Source: Folioceros fuciformis (taxonomy: Eukaryota). From it: a DNA stretch of 60,872 nt. Positions 35,789-49,657 of the stretch are shown here, piece after piece (position 1 is the stretch's first letter; each line of letters begins with the position of its first letter). Below the pieces are notes generated by a model, which saw only the letters and a program-made list of their open reading frames with translations, ran no database searches and was not told where the DNA came from. The translations under genes and the position numbers were made by a program. The stretch covers positions 417,493-478,364 of the forward strand of contig JBNGIO010006333.1 of the NCBI GenBank assembly GCA_049999805.1, written 5' to 3'.

Positions 35789-36095
35789 CGATGGAAAGCT
35801 TACAATAAGACGAATGGTGTGAAGCACGCTCGGTTTCAATGAAAGGTGATAGAGATATGAGCAAAGGAAGCCTTTGAAAGGCATGCCATCTATTTCTCTA
35901 CCCGCTTTGTCCAGATGAGTCAAATACTTTCTTATCACACTTCAATGGAAAGCTTACGACAAGATGGACAAAGAAGACGGAGATATGAGCGAAAGATGCC
36001 TTTGAAAGGCAAGTCATCTTTTTGTCTACCCGCTTTCTCCATACGAGTCAAATGCTTTCTTATCAGTCTTCGATGGAAAGCTTACAAAATGACGG
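35789..36095. repeat. About 130-150-bp diverged tandem duplication
   Basis: ATGGAAAGCTTAC recurs at about 35791, 35945 and 36073 with similar intervening sequence. Confidence 0.75.
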
Positions 36096-37149
36096 AACGT
36101 CGGTGTGCAGCAAGCCTGGTTTCGATCAAAGATCAAAGGGTCCCTTTGAATCCTTCTTACAGAAATTTATTGGATGTAGTTTGTTTGCCCTCATACCAGC
36201 TACAAAGTCCACCACTCTGTCCATCAAGATGTGAGCAACACGAATCATCCGCTGATGCCCATGTGCCCATTTCGAATGGCTCTGAGAGGAGCACACCCAC
36301 TCCAAATCTGCAGCTGAGAAGTGTCTAGGTTTAGGCAATTGCACCACGAATGGTATATCCCGAGGCCGCTCCTCAAAACTTTTGCACTTGGTATGATCCA
36401 TGTACACTAAGCTGCCCTTGACAAGTAAGATAATCGGCCTAATCTGAACCCCTTTGGTCAGCGTAAGCGGAAACTTTGAACATAGCAAACCTGAATTTGG
36501 GCAATCGCTTGAATGAACATTAGGGTTAATGGTGGTTGCCACGAAGCTAGGTCTTGTAAGCGTAATTAGTGCATGGCTTATTATCGCGTATGCCCGCGCC
36601 GCCACACCGCGCAGAATAGCCTGTTGGTGTACACATGCCCGCACCGCCACACCGCGCGGAATAGCCTGTTGGTGTACACAACGGGTTCAGCTCACGGACG
36701 GGGAAATGAGAACTGGTAAGGCCGCGTCGTTGGTCGAAACGGAATGGCTTTTGGCACCAGCCGTAAGGCCTGGCACAACCCTATCGCACGGGCTATGGCA
36801 GGCATTAACTTCCAAGGCCGTCCATCAGCCTCGTCGTGTAGTCCAGCCCATAGTTACATGGTATGTAAAATCCGTGGAACGTGCGAAGTATAATACTACG
36901 AATTTTGTGCGTATATTTATTCTCAATACATTATTATACTTAAAATCTTAGAATAGATTAGAAAGTACGTAGTAAAATACTTTATAAATATATCAGCATG
37001 AAAAGATGATACTCAAAATCAGGATGAAAGGCACCAAGCATCATTTCCAGCAAGAATAACCTACCATTCAAGTTCAAGATCCAAGTTTTCACTATCATGC
37101 TCACAATTAGAATCAAGTTTTTCCTTCTTCATGTCCTGCAATCTTCAAC

Positions 37150-37750
37150 AAAGTATTGTGATATTGCCTCCACCTTTGCTAGTAGTCTCAAATTTGTATA
37201 GATATACACCAGCTTCTCAGTTCGTTGAGGTATCAGCCTATTGTGATATTGCCTCTACCTTTGCTAGTAGTCTCATATTTGTATAGATATACACCAGCTT
37301 CTCAGCTTGCTGAGGTATCAGCCTATTCCTTTTCTTTGAGTGAATGAGTTCACATGTGCTTCAGGCCTTTTTACAAGGAGAAGAGGTGAATGAGTTCACA
37401 TGTGCTTCAGGCCTTTTTACAAGGAGAAGAGCTAGAAGGTTGAGACAAGATGCGGATGGCAAGCCTTTGGAGTTGAGGTGATGATGCCCCATAATTCTCC
37501 CACCACATAGTAGGGTTCATAGACTTTGTTGCCCTATCATATTGTGCCTAGCTTGATACAAATAATCCGCACTGGATCTTGTACTTGTTTCTTGGCCATC
37601 CCGTTGATACTTTGGATCCAAGATGTAACTTTGCATCTACTAGCTTTCTTCATGGTAGCTCCCATGCCTTCTCCACTGTAGTTTGCTAAGAACTCGAGGT
37701 GCCAGATTAATGTGTTGATGCAACACCACCTTAGCCTTTGCTCCATTTAA
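37150..37750 (-). mobile_element. hAT transposase C-terminal (dimerisation domain) remnant with internal tandem duplications
   Basis: MNPTMWWENYG / SPQLQRLAIRILSQPSSSSPCKKA*STCELIHSKKRNRL...EKLVYIYTNMRL. About 84-bp and 46-bp tandem duplications. Confidence 0.8.
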
Positions 37751-37999
37751 AATCTTTTCATTCACTACACTCGGCATTGTAAAGCATGCTCGCACTCCAC
37801 CTCCTACACATATAAGATGACATCTTGCTTGTAAAGACTAAGCACAAAATTTGCATATGACCTTCTCCGCTCCAGATGCGCGAGTTTCCAAGATTGTGTG
37901 CGAGAATATGGTGCACGGGAAAACGGAAGTTAAGGGAAGAAACAAAACGGAAGTAGAGTTGGTATGCCAACAAGGATGTAAGTGTAAGAAAAGTTGGCA

Positions 38000-39170
38000 C
38001 ATATTTTATACGTATAAATACGAATGTATTTGCACAAACGTTTGTGTTGCACCCATTCTCTCTTGCTTGCTGATAAAGGAGGAGCAAGACCATGTGAGGG
38101 AGCTGCATCTACTGCTAACAATCCATGGCAAAAGTCCATGGCAAAAGTCACCAGAGGCATTCACGTGATTGGAACTGAACAAAATGGATTTGAACAATAT
38201 CTTGAAACAACTCCAATTAAGTAATGACAACCACAAACTCACAACCTACTTTCCTGCTCTCCCTACCAGCCACCTTGCTCCTTCGACTTCCAAGTCCAGA
38301 CTTTGGCCTGTTAGTCATGTCCACCAAGGGTACATCACTTTGGAGACAGTTGTCAGATTTGGAACCATACGCACAACAATACCTTATGTATTGTTTTGGT
38401 GTGGTTGGTGACAGGACATTATACTTACGTGCCTCTGCCCTAGACCGCGTGTAGCATTTCACAAGCCTAGTTCGAAAAATTGGATTTTTCTCCTCACTAG
38501 TCAAGAAGTTTGAAACCCTTTCCCATGGAATGTAAACAATCTTCACCTCCATTACAATTTTACGAACTACATATATGGTGTCCAGCCATTCCAAGCCATT
38601 TCTGTTGAAAATGCCTGGCAGTAGAGTCTGGATCTCATAAGGAAACCTTGCCGTCTAGGAAACCTTGCAGTCTATAGAGGCAGCATAACACTAGGCCCCG
38701 AGATTAGGCTAATTAAAGGATGTCTACAAAGCAATCACAACTCTTGTGAATCAACCGGAGGAACTAAAAACTTACACTTTACTGACCAACTAGATGAACT
38801 ACAAGCCCCCCACACCTAATCAATCCAGCGCAGCACTTCCGTACGCACACGCCTCCCGCACCTACAAGGACCATCATACCACTTCCCATAGCGTGATCAG
38901 CAACGCACATGCTAGCTTAGTGTGACACACTCGACTAATTAAGCGGGGAAGGTCCAGAGGCTTTCATTAACATGGGTTTTGAAACCAAAGCGTTTTGCCC
39001 GCCCGTTTTCGTTTCCCTGGAATAACTATGCCTGGCACAACTTAAACGGAGTTTGGCAGAGCGGGCGTCTAAACGGGCGCGACAAGCTGTTGCCGTCCAA
39101 CGGCAAAACCATTTGCGCCGGCCTCGAGTTATATGCCTGTTACTTCGAGTGTACCAATAGCTCCTGCGAG
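38000..39170 (-). mobile_element. Second, inverted and truncated copy of the Mutator-like element at 1.7-3 kb
   Basis: Reverse complement aligns by eye with 1677-1745 and 2058-2960. Encodes YIPWERVSNF...YCCAYG...HVNASGDFCHG. Confidence 0.85.
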
Positions 39171-39814
39171 GGATCATGATGTAGGCATTGTTTTTCGTAC
39201 AGCGAAGCGAGTGTACGTAAAACAATGACTGTTTTCCAGGACGTCAGTGGTCCGGTTAGTGCGCCGTAGTTCCTCACTCTCCCTCAGGACCGTGGAACTT
39301 GCGATCTATATAAAAGTGAAAAACTTGTGGCACAAATCTCACGTAAGAAGGACGCCGCGTGGTAACGTATGATGACTGCAACACTTGACACTATACAATG
39401 ACCAAAAGCGACGTCAGCGTAAACATGGTTGCCGCGCCATACGCTCCTTCGTGTTCGTCCCCTTGGCCAGGCCTCCTGTGGAACTCCTTTCACGCGCCAG
39501 TCCGTTTGCGTTTGCCCTTCCAAGGTGTGTGATGAGAGTCCATGTCTTTTGGCCTCCCCCTTTTTTTAATCACGCACGCAATTGCAATCCCACAGCAAGA
39601 TCAGTTTTAGTGCGTGGTCGCCCTTGAAAGTCTCGAGTGCAAAGTTGTGGATGCAATGCTGCGCGCATCGTATATATTCTCAGGGCTGAAGCTCAATCGT
39701 GTACCAGAGAGTCACGACTTCGCCAGGTTCTCAGACCATAGCCCACCGTCGGGAATTCGGGAGCCACGTCCAGTGCAGCGGCAGACTGTTACTAGCTGCA
39801 AGTGAGGGCGCCTG

Positions 39815-42433
39815 ATGTCGACCACGATCAGCCTCCGGCCCGTATTGGGATCCAGGATCGGCTGCGGCCCCAGCTCGGGCTCGCACAGGGGGCGCTTAAG
39901 GTCATCGCGCCCGCGGTGTGAGCGAGTCTCGACTGTGGAAACTGTCAAGACGACTGCAAAGCCTGTGACTGTGACTGTGACTGTACCATGGGAGTTGCTC
40001 CAGCCCGACACCCACGTATGATACGCGATGCTTGTGACTTCTTCCGTGGCTCGCTCCAATTGCTTGTTGGACTCATAGCTTACACAAGTTAGCTTGCTTT
40101 GTTTTACTCCAGCGAACCACTATTATTCCTGGACACGTACAGGATTGGGAAGCCAGTAGCCGCGACCTTCACTTTCGTCCGCCGATATCCGTTGCTGCTG
40201 GTGCGGGCTCGTTTCCTGAGCACGCACACTGGGGTCTGACCGTGTTCAGTGTGATCGAGAAGCTTGTGGACAAAGTATTCAAGAGGCCAGTTCGCAGGTT
40301 GTCAAACGATCCTGAAATCCAGCTTTGTGGGAACTTCGCGCCTGTGAATGAGTGCCCTCCAGTTCGCGGGTTGAAGGTGGTGGGGAGGCTGCCCAAGTGT
40401 TTGGATGGTGGGGTGTACCTTCGGAACGGCCCCAACCCAAGAATTCTTCCTGAATTCGGCTACAACTTCTTCGATGGCGATGGGATGCTGCACGCCGTCA
40501 GTTTCAAGGACGACGGAGCAACATATGCGTGCCGTTTTGTCGAGACAAACAAGTAAGGAGCGACTGACATGCTGGGTGCCCACTCTGCCCAGTGTTGTCA
40601 ACAACTTGAATTTGCATTCCAATTCGTGTGTAGCGCTGCTGCTACAGGCTTCGCCCAGTGAATGCCTTGAACGTTGGACCGTGTCGAGATGCTGTCTTTG
40701 CAAGAACGTTGCCTCGAGTTATAACCGTGGATGCTGGGTTGGGTGCTTTGTGTCACCAGATTTCAACAAGAACATAACGTTGGGCGACCTCTTTTCGTGA
40801 ACCCTTTTGGAGAAGGCCAGGGAATGAGAGGATTTCTCCTCTTGGCTTTCCAGCTTTTAAAGGGCCAGTTGGGTATCTTGGACACATCTCACGGATTTGG
40901 GCCTGCGAATGCCGGATTGGTCTTCCACGATGGCAAGCTTTTAGCCATCTCCGAGATGGATGTGCCTTATTCTGTGAGTTCTCGACGTCTCGTCTCAGGC
41001 TCCACTTGTGCAAACTCTGAGGCATTGGAACTTGAGTGCCATCGTGCAGCGCTTGTGTAATACGCGGCGCTCTGACGGGTACCACTTTCCGATCTCAGGT
41101 GAGGGTCGGAGAAGATGGAGATATCTTCACACTTGGACGCCATACGTTCGACGGCAAGCTGAAGCTGTCCATGACAGCACATCCAAAGATAGATCCTCAA
41201 ACCGGAGAAATGTTTTGCTACACCTACGATCTGCTGATCCCTCCGTACTTGAAGTATTTCTGGGTGTCCGCAGATGGAGTGAAGCAGCCTGACGTTCGCA
41301 TCAAATGTCCGGTATGTGCGGGCCGGGAGAGGGACGGTTACCACGTTTTGCTATGCTTGTTACGGAGAATGACAAATTCGCGGCATAGGGTGTGCAAGTT
41401 CTGTCAGAGACGAAGTCTGATCATGAGTTTGGGGTGTGCTGATCATCAGCCCGGTGACTGTTGCGTTCGTGCAGGGACCTGTGTTAGTTCATGATTTCGC
41501 CATTACCAACAACTACACCATATTCCCTGAGACCGGCATAGGCTTTTCCGTGCTTGAAATGATGAAGGGCAGCCCATGTATTGCTGCAGATGACAACAAG
41601 CTTCCTAGATTCGGGGTTCTGCCGAAGTATGCCAAAGATGATTCTCAGATAAAGTGGTTCTCTCTGCCCAACGCCAATTCCTTTCACTACTACAATGCGT
41701 GGGAAGAAGGGGAGGAAGTAGTCATTTGCGCATCTGTCGTGTTACCAGTTTCAAAGGCCTTCGTTAATCCCGAGGAAGTTATAACAAAACCTTCAGAAAT
41801 ACGTTTGAACATGAGAACAGGAGAGGTGTCCTTGCTCCAGATAACCGACGTCGACTTGGATCTGGGAACCATAAACGAAAAATTCCGGGGAAGGAAGAAC
41901 AGATACGCATATCTTTCAATTGCAGGCAAGTGCACAGTGTCATCCCTTTGGATAAGTTGCTAGGTAGCAGTGCTGTGAGCTGCCATGTTGATGTCGTGCC
42001 ATCCAATTCATGTTAACATTGTTTTACTAATTGTGCGATACTCTTTATGCATCATGCAGGTCCATGGCTCAAGTGTGCAGGGATTGCAAAATTAGATCTT
42101 CAGGCTCCGAAATATTCTCCACCAACCCATCAGCAACAACAAGTGAGCAGCAAACCGTTAGGTGATTCTGCAATCGTCGGTTGGAGGAAGGTTCCCGGGT
42201 GTTTCAACAGTGAGCCCTGGTTTGTGCCAAGGACGACCGATCGTGACGCGGCTGAAGATGACGGCTACGTTTTAGCATTTTCTCACAATGAGATCACCAA
42301 CCAGACGGAGCTTCTTGTTCTAGATGCTCAATCCCCTACCCTACGTCAGGTTGCTAGAGTGAAAATTCCTTCTCGAGTCCCATACGGTTTCCATGGAATC
42401 TTCCTCAGCAAGCAGGAAGTAGCGCAGCTTTGA
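39815..42433 (+). CDS. Carotenoid cleavage dioxygenase (CCD1/CCD4/NCED group) with a predicted plastid transit peptide, 6 exons
   Basis: GNFAPV, YLRNGPNP, FDGDGMLH, and four Fe-ligand His motifs (TAHPK, VHDFAIT, FHYYNAWEE, PYGFHG); EDDGY. Exon 1 is S/R/T-rich and splices in frame. Confidence 0.92.
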
Positions 42434-43367
42434 CTGACGAGTAAAGATACTAACCATGTCATGCCCAGATACATGTACCAAATTCAAATAGTGGAATCTG
42501 TTAGAGTTTCTGCGTGTGAACAAGACTTGCAAAGCACGACGCATCTGTTTGATGTGCCTCTTCAACAGAGATCCTTCCTAGATCTGACTACGGAGTCAAG
42601 CAGCTCAGACGCTTGAACCACCGTGGAAAATGTGAACGCATGCAAGAGGCGAACATCTTGTGGCGGGGCTTGAGCGCAATTCATTCAGAGGCGCAAATCC
42701 ACCAGGAAAAAGTTACACGAGAGACGTTTGTTCCCAAAGCCTGTGAACACGACGGCGTCCGCCAGGAGCTCCTTGCAATGCGCAAGGCGCCGGCGGTAAA
42801 GCAGCTGCTTGCCTGCTCTGTTCTCTGCCGATCCGACAATCCCTGACTGCGGCAGAAGGTCCCGGTACCCCCTGTGCAGTTCCCAACATGTGGCGTGCCT
42901 CGCACACAGTGCATACCAGCACGTGATCACCACTTAACCTAGTACATACAGTTCATGTACCATTTGGTGTAATGTGTCTCGTTCAACGCATCACACGCCA
43001 ATGAAAGCGGTGCGATGTGCCAACTTCTTTCCGGTAACACGTCGTCAACCGAAGTACACAAACAATGCATTTAGACTGCAATGTGGGTCCGGGCTCGGTC
43101 CGGCACTCCAGGACTCCGAATCCCTTCGACCAACCAGAAGCCGTGTAGACTGCTGGAGATGGAAAGAGGAGTGATTCGTGCGTACCCACCTACACCTACA
43201 TAAAGTAAATGGAAATGCTCGTGAATGGACTTTGGCAGTGGCAGCTAGCTATTCGGAGACGAGTCGCCCTGCGTCATCTTACCCTAGACCAGACGACCAG
43301 GACCCTTGATGCTCTGGAGTTCTGGGCTCTGGAGTGAATTCGCTTGTGCTTCCTGTTGCAGGTCACC

Positions 43368-45325
43368 ATGGCGAGGCCGCAGAAGAAGGTCGCCATTGTG
43401 ACGGGGGCTAACACCGGCATCGGGCGGTGAGGAGCCTCCATCTTATGTAGCCTCTGCGCTGGCTGCATGTGCATTTTGTGGGTCTGTTTGTAAGTCGGAT
43501 CGGTACGGGGACAAGTGAAATTCTTACCTAGCTGACTGGTCTGCTGTGCCGCATTCCTCAGGGAAACTGCTTTGGCTTTGGCTAAGGATGGTCATAAGGT
43601 GTTCCTGGCTTGCCGAAGCGAGGGCAAAGCTGGAGAAGCTATGAGCTACATCCGGGAGGTATTCCCTACGGTTTGAACGGAACGGCAGGGCGCCTGATTT
43701 GTCTTCCTTGACTGTTAGGTTTAAAAATCCTCTTGGCTGTGCAGTCTGTTCCAGATGCCGACCTGGAATTTTTGGAGCTGGATTTGAAGACTCTGGAATC
43801 TGTTCATCGGTGTGCAAACCAATTCAAAGCGAAGAACCTGCCGTTGAACGTTCTCGTACGGTTTGTTCGTTGCATCGTTGAAGGTGTTGTGGGTGTTCTG
43901 GCCAGAACCTGTCTTCAGCTTTGCATGTCTCCCTTGATGCAGGTGAACAATGCAGGGGCTGCAATGGGCACTCCTTGGTATACTGCCGAACGTGTTGGTG
44001 GATCAGCTCAGGTACTCTGCTTGCTGGGCTTCGGGTTGTCCTTGCCCGTTGGTGCACTCTAATCAAGGTCCTGATCGTGGCCTCTTACAGGTCAATTTCC
44101 TTGGCCCTTATGTCCTGACCCGGCTTCTGGAGAAGAATTTGTTTGAAGGAATGCCTGCCAGAGTACGGCACCCGATCATGCTATTTTGAAGCAGTGGTGA
44201 AATTAAAACGTGCTCTGGTAACTTAAAGTAGCTGAGCTTTTGTCGTCCTCTTGTCCTTGGTGCAGGTAGTGCTGGTAACATCTATTACTCACAGGCATGC
44301 TAGAATCCGTGATCCCGTAAGTCTGTCGTCGCCTTTGCAACACCTGAGGTTCCTTGTTGTTTGGCAGTTTGCGTAACCTTGTTCTTTGTATGCCAGGAAT
44401 CGTTCTTCCGGGATTTCCGGGCAGGATTGTATGGCCACACAAAGTTGGCGAACGTCCTCTTTACAGCTGAGCTGCAACGGCGTTGGGGCGGTAATGGTCA
44501 AGGAGCTTTAAGTCGTTGGCTGATCATGTCTTTTGATTGAGCTCCACATGTCACTGGATGAAAGGACCTGATGCAACTCGTGTTCTCTTTGGCAGACAAG
44601 GGAGTGGAAGCGATTGCTGCCGATCCAGGTAGGTTACACGTTTGTGCAGGTGTACCAATTGCGGTTTCTGTGTAGGTCATGCCCTTGTCACTCGCCAGTG
44701 CTTCACCTGATGTGCACTCCTGCACACAGGTGCTGTCTCAAGTGATATCTGGAGGAAGAGCAAGTACAACCGTCCTCCGTTCTCCTGGGTTTTGAAAGTA
44801 AGAAGAATCCATGCTTTCTGAAGTTGCACTCCCTGCCACTCCTCTCCTAGGTGGCAAGACGCCGGTCCTTGAAGTGATTTCTCACGAGCTCTTCTGGAAA
44901 TGGGACAGTCACTTTACTCCCCCACCTGGGACGGAGCTAAGGCAGTAATACATGCTGCATCAGGCCCTTTGGACACCAAACCCAAGGACGACAAACCGTT
45001 TCGCTACTTGGCAAGAGGGGCGTTCGCGTGGAATGTGGTACGACAACGACCCACTTCTGATGTTCGCATCCTGACTGAAACTGCCGCTTGTCCCCTACAT
45101 TTCCTGATTCCTTGCGCATTTTTCTTCCTGCAGATCACAGGCCCAAAGCCCATTGGCATTGTCCATCTCCTGGTCTCCTTTTTAGACTGGCCTCTCCGGT
45201 GGACCAGCCGAGGGTACTTGTGCAGTGAAGTGAAGGAGGTTTCCGCTGCTCCCTTGGCATACGACAAGGAACTGGCAGCAAACCTGTGGAGTAAAGCAGC
45301 AGCCATCGCCGGATTCCACGACTGA
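43368..45325 (+). CDS. Short-chain dehydrogenase/reductase, retinol-dehydrogenase-like, many short exons
   Basis: VAIVTGANTGIG, LELDL, VNNAG, VNFLGPYVLT, YGHTKLANVLFTAELQRRW (YxxxK), DPGAVSSDIWR, AYDKELAANLW. Confidence 0.9.
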
Positions 45326-45354
45326 AAAGCAAAGGATGAGAAGCAGCCCCTGAC

Positions 45355-45915
45355 TCATCCCCAACAGCCCTGATATGTTAGGAACTCTCTCTCTCTGTAA
45401 TGCTGGTGCATTCTTTGCAGCTCCAGCGATGTCGTCGTGGTCTCCCCATATTTCTGTATGAACAGCTTACGTCTAGTCAAGACCAGATGGGCTGATGAGA
45501 ACTCCGGGGTGAACTTCCTTTTTGAAGAATTCGACAGTGTGGCGAAAGGAGGGAGGGGAGTGTGGACAAGTCTCAAGAGAGGGACTTTGCCTGGATGGCA
45601 AGTCCGGTAGCAGTCTTCTTTTCCGAAATGGACATAGATGCTCCGTAATGACCTGAGTCTGAACCTTCGAAGCCGGAAATGCTTACGCGCGAAATCCTCC
45701 GTGGCATCTGTGCTTGTGGCTTCCCAATAGCTCGAGTACGGGCTATCTATGTACTTGAATGAAAAGGACATGGACAAATTCTCACTTTTGAAATTCCATA
45801 TTCTGCCAGGCATATGCGGGCGTGTCTGTCTAGTAAGGCAGGAAATAACGTGCGCGCGGTATGGAATACCGTGTGGCTCACGAGCCACACACGCAACGGG
45901 CGAAGACCTTTCCAA
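45355..45915 (-). CDS. Hypothetical ORF, unknown
   Basis: 186-codon open frame convergent with the SDR gene; no motif recognised. Confidence 0.2.
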   Translation of the reverse strand: MERSSPVACVAREPHGIPYRAHVISCLTRQTRPHMPGRIWNFKSENLSMSFSFKYIDSPYSSYWEATSTDATEDFARKHFRLRRFRLRSLRSIYVHFGKEDCYRTCHPGKVPLLRLVHTPLPPFATLSNSSKRKFTPEFSSAHLVLTRRKLFIQKYGETTTTSLELQRMHQHYREREFLTYQGCWG

Positions 45916-46977
45916 CTGGGGAATTCGGACACACTTCTATGCTCAAAATTCAGCTTCCAAGATTCTTGCTGGCAGAAGATGCTGCGCAGCCAAACCTCAA
46001 GCGAAATTGACTTGGGGGCCTGCTCCTGTCATACAGAAGCTGAGCCCCCCATGTAGGGGCACGGCCTTTGTGGATTCATCCTTGCAGCGAGATCAAATGT
46101 GCATCCTCAATCCTCTCGGGAGCCAAAAGCAGTCGTTGTCCTCCCCAAGCTCCGATCTGCTGCCCTTGAGTCGCTCTCAACCAACTTGGGAGGGAGTTGG
46201 GAGTTCCAACCCGATCCCTGCTGCAACTCTTCTTCCCGCTCGTCTCATTCCCTCAGCCCCGAGCTCGATGGTGAAACCCCGCCCGCCCATCTCCTTCGGT
46301 TTTAGGGCAATCCCGCACGGTTCTGAAGAGAAGCGCGAGGCAATTCCGTGATATAATCGGAATCGCGCGCGAAAGGGTGCCATACACAAGCTACAGCACA
46401 TGGCGTGTGTTTCCGAAGGTGACATCCCACCAAGGGGCGTCACATGCCCGAGGCATTTATCACTTCGGACACGGAGTCCCAGGTTGTTCGCAGATAATGC
46501 GGCGTGTGGTTCGTGTGTTTGCGTAGTTCAAAGCCGATTCACCAAATGGAGACGCACTGCACGCAGGCACCATACTCCACACTGTTACCAGAGGTGTTAG
46601 CAGAGGACGTTAGTGCGGTATGGTCTTCGTAGTTCCAGGTCGATTCTGGTGAAGGAAGCATTGGATTTGACGACATGGTCGAGTTAACTTCTAGGGCGAT
46701 TTAGAAATGTCCCTAGACGGTGGTTCGACAGTTAGAGTCTCACACTTCCTTTGCGTGATGAGAGCGGGCGTGTTGAGTCGTCAACAGGCGGAAGTCTATG
46801 CGGGCCCGGTCGCGAGGTCGGACCTCCGGAGACCTGCAGATGCTGTGCTGCTCATGGGCTGAAAGTTCCGTCCGCGTTCAGGAGCATCGGCTCTACTCTG
46901 AACCGAGCTGATCTGAACTGAGACCAGGACGCACCTTGCTTCCCGATCCAATCGCCCACTACCGGTTGACCATCGCA

Positions 46978-49657
46978 ATGCGGCAAGGACCCAGGACCCG
47001 TGGCCTGCGACGCAGACCGCCGCATGATGCGATGCTTCTGCTGCTGCTGCTTGTGGCGGCTGTACCTCCCAGTGACGCACAAGACGCCGACACCGGATCC
47101 GGTTTCACCTTCGGCTATGGAATGGTGCACAGGTTTTCGGAGAAAGGGAGGGAGATGCTGATGCCCAAGGTGGGGGCAGACCCCAGGCACTGGCCTGCAC
47201 ACAACAGCGCGGAATATCACAGATTGTTGTTTCAGCTGGACCAGTCCAGGCACGCCAGAGGCCGCCACTTGCTGGGGGAAGGTGGATACTACAATTTTGG
47301 GGGGGTTAACAGCACTATCCAGTTTGAGTCATCGTTCGTGCCTGGAACCGAGACCTGCTGTGACACATTCGTTGGATGTTGATGCGCTTCTGCCTGCGTT
47401 GGAGCTCATGTGATTTTTGGGTGTCGCAGGCTGCACTATGCATTTTTGGATGTTGGCACGCCCAATGTCACATTTTTTGCAGCTCTGGACACAGGTAGTG
47501 ATACCACCTGGTTCCCATGTGACTGCATACAATGCGCATCTTTGAATGATCCAAGTATCGATCCATCTCTTGTAAGTATGTGTGCCTTCATATATGTTGC
47601 CGGAGAGAACTGCTTGAGCTGTTACTATGCCTGCGGTGATAGGTGGTGAGGTGTATGAGCCGGTGCGAGTGAACTGTGCAGCTTCCTCTGCTTGGGGAAT
47701 ACAGTCCATCGAAGTCCAGTACCAGTGTAATGGTTACATGCAGTGACAAGCTCTGCCAGTCTCAGAGCAACTGCACAAGCCCAGCCGATTCGTGCACTTA
47801 TGAGGTGAACTACTTGTCTGCCAACACGGCCTCCTCTGGAAACCTGGTTCGGGATGTGTTGTATTTGGGGCACGAGCTCTCGCCAGGAGGACCTCTTCAG
47901 ACAGCGGAGTTCGTCTTTGGGTAGGGGTATCTCTTGTGCGTGGGTCTTAGTTAGGTCTTGGTTAGGTCTTTCTTTGATGTGCTTCTCATATCATTTGGTT
48001 TTCATTCTCTTTGCCTTGCAGATGTGGGCGACGTCAAACTGGTGCATTTCTTACTGGTGCTGCCCTAGATGGCCTGGTGGGCTTGGGATATCAAGATATC
48101 TCCCTGCCCAGCGTGCTGGCCAAGCAAGGAGTGATTGCCAACTCGTTCTCCATGTGCATTTCTGATGATGGGTTGGGCAGATTTGTGTTAGGCGATAAGG
48201 GCGTCCCTGGGCAGCCAAGCACTCCCATCGTTCCCACTACGACCAACGTCTAGTACGTCCCGCACCGTCATGCCTTGGCTTCTCAATGTTTACAGTTTGT
48301 GCCCCTCTTTTGTTTGAGGCCTGCCCTACTAATCTGCATGTGCCTGGGGTCTGCAGCATCACGTATGCTATCCAGGCTGAGAGGATAACAGTAGGTGCAA
48401 CCAATATCCCCGGTCAAGGTCGTAATGTGTTCTACTTTGACACGGGAACGTCTTATACATTATTAAGCAGCAACATCTATCAACCAATTCTCAATGCTGT
48501 AAGTTCGGTTAGCTCTTGGATTTGTGGGTCACATGTTTACTCTGTCATCCTTAACCCCCGACATTCCCTGTCCTGGCAGTTCAGTGCTCAGGTGCCGTCC
48601 ACCTACCGCCGTGTTCAAGGCAGCAATTTACCTTTCGATCTATGTTATGCTGGCAGGTTGGCTATGAATAAGTACTAAGCGGACACAAGTCGTAGACCAG
48701 TGAGTGGACCTGACGACATTGCTTGTTTGCAGTCCCAGGAGAAAACCGCCTTACTTTGACTACCCCTCGCTTAATTTTATTTGGTTCCAAGGGCAGACAA
48801 TAGAGGTGGCGGATCCGACCGTTCAGTTGACAGATCTATATGTGAGCACATCTGACAGACTTTTTGACTTGAGTGGTAGGTAGTTTACTTGCGTGTTGCA
48901 TAGGACCTCGCTGAGTCTGCGTCCTGGTGTTTCTCAGGGCAACCTTGCTGGTTTCTGCCTGGCGGTAACGAATGGTGGAAATGTTGCAATCTTCGGACGT
49001 AAGTTTTCGCACACACAGTCGCGATTTGACAATGTCCTTGCTAGTGTTTGGTGTGGCAGGCAATTCAGCTCACCGTCAGTAGTTTTGTGCAGAGAACTTC
49101 ATGACCGGGTACAGGTTCACTTTCGATCGTGAGAAGAACATCTTGGGTTGGACTAAGACATCTTGTAAGCCTCCCCGGGTCTGGTTCTTCGTCATGACAG
49201 CGGGTCGTCGTAGGGACGGATTGGGCCTAATGGTATCTATCAATGCTGTACAGGTTATGCCGAAACTCTAAGTAGTGGGAATGCATCTTCTCCGTCGTCT
49301 TCTCCAACGTCAAGCCCAACTTCAAGTCCAACGTCAAGCCCAACTTCAAGTCCAACGTCAAGCCCAACTTCAAGTCCAACGTCAAGCCCAACTTCAAGTC
49401 CACCGTCAAGTCCATCACCGAGCATAACGTCTGGCGACTTTGCTCCACCTTCACCACCTTCTGGCATTGGACCCCGACCACTCCCACCCCCACCCCAATC
49501 CCAGCAACCTACACCGCGTCCAGGCTCTGAATCTGTGCCTCTCGCCGACGCTTCTCCCCAACTGTCCGCCGCTCCACAAGGCCGGAAACCCTCGGTTCTG
49601 CTTTTCCTTGTATCATCATTATTGCTGGCGTTGAACTCCAGCCTCTTTCTTCCGTAA
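46978..49657 (+). CDS. A1 aspartic protease (aspartic proteinase-like 1 type) with signal peptide, Ser/Pro/Thr tail and probable GPI signal
   Basis: LHYAFLDVGTP...ALDTGSDTTWFPCDCIQCA; FGCG..QTGAFL; FDTGTSYT; NFMTGYRFTFDREKNILGW; hydrophobic N- and C-termini. Confidence 0.92.
49300..49420 (+). repeat. Coding 12/24-bp repeat encoding (SPTS)n
   Basis: AAGTCCAACGTCAAGCCCAACTTC units in the last exon. Confidence 0.9.
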
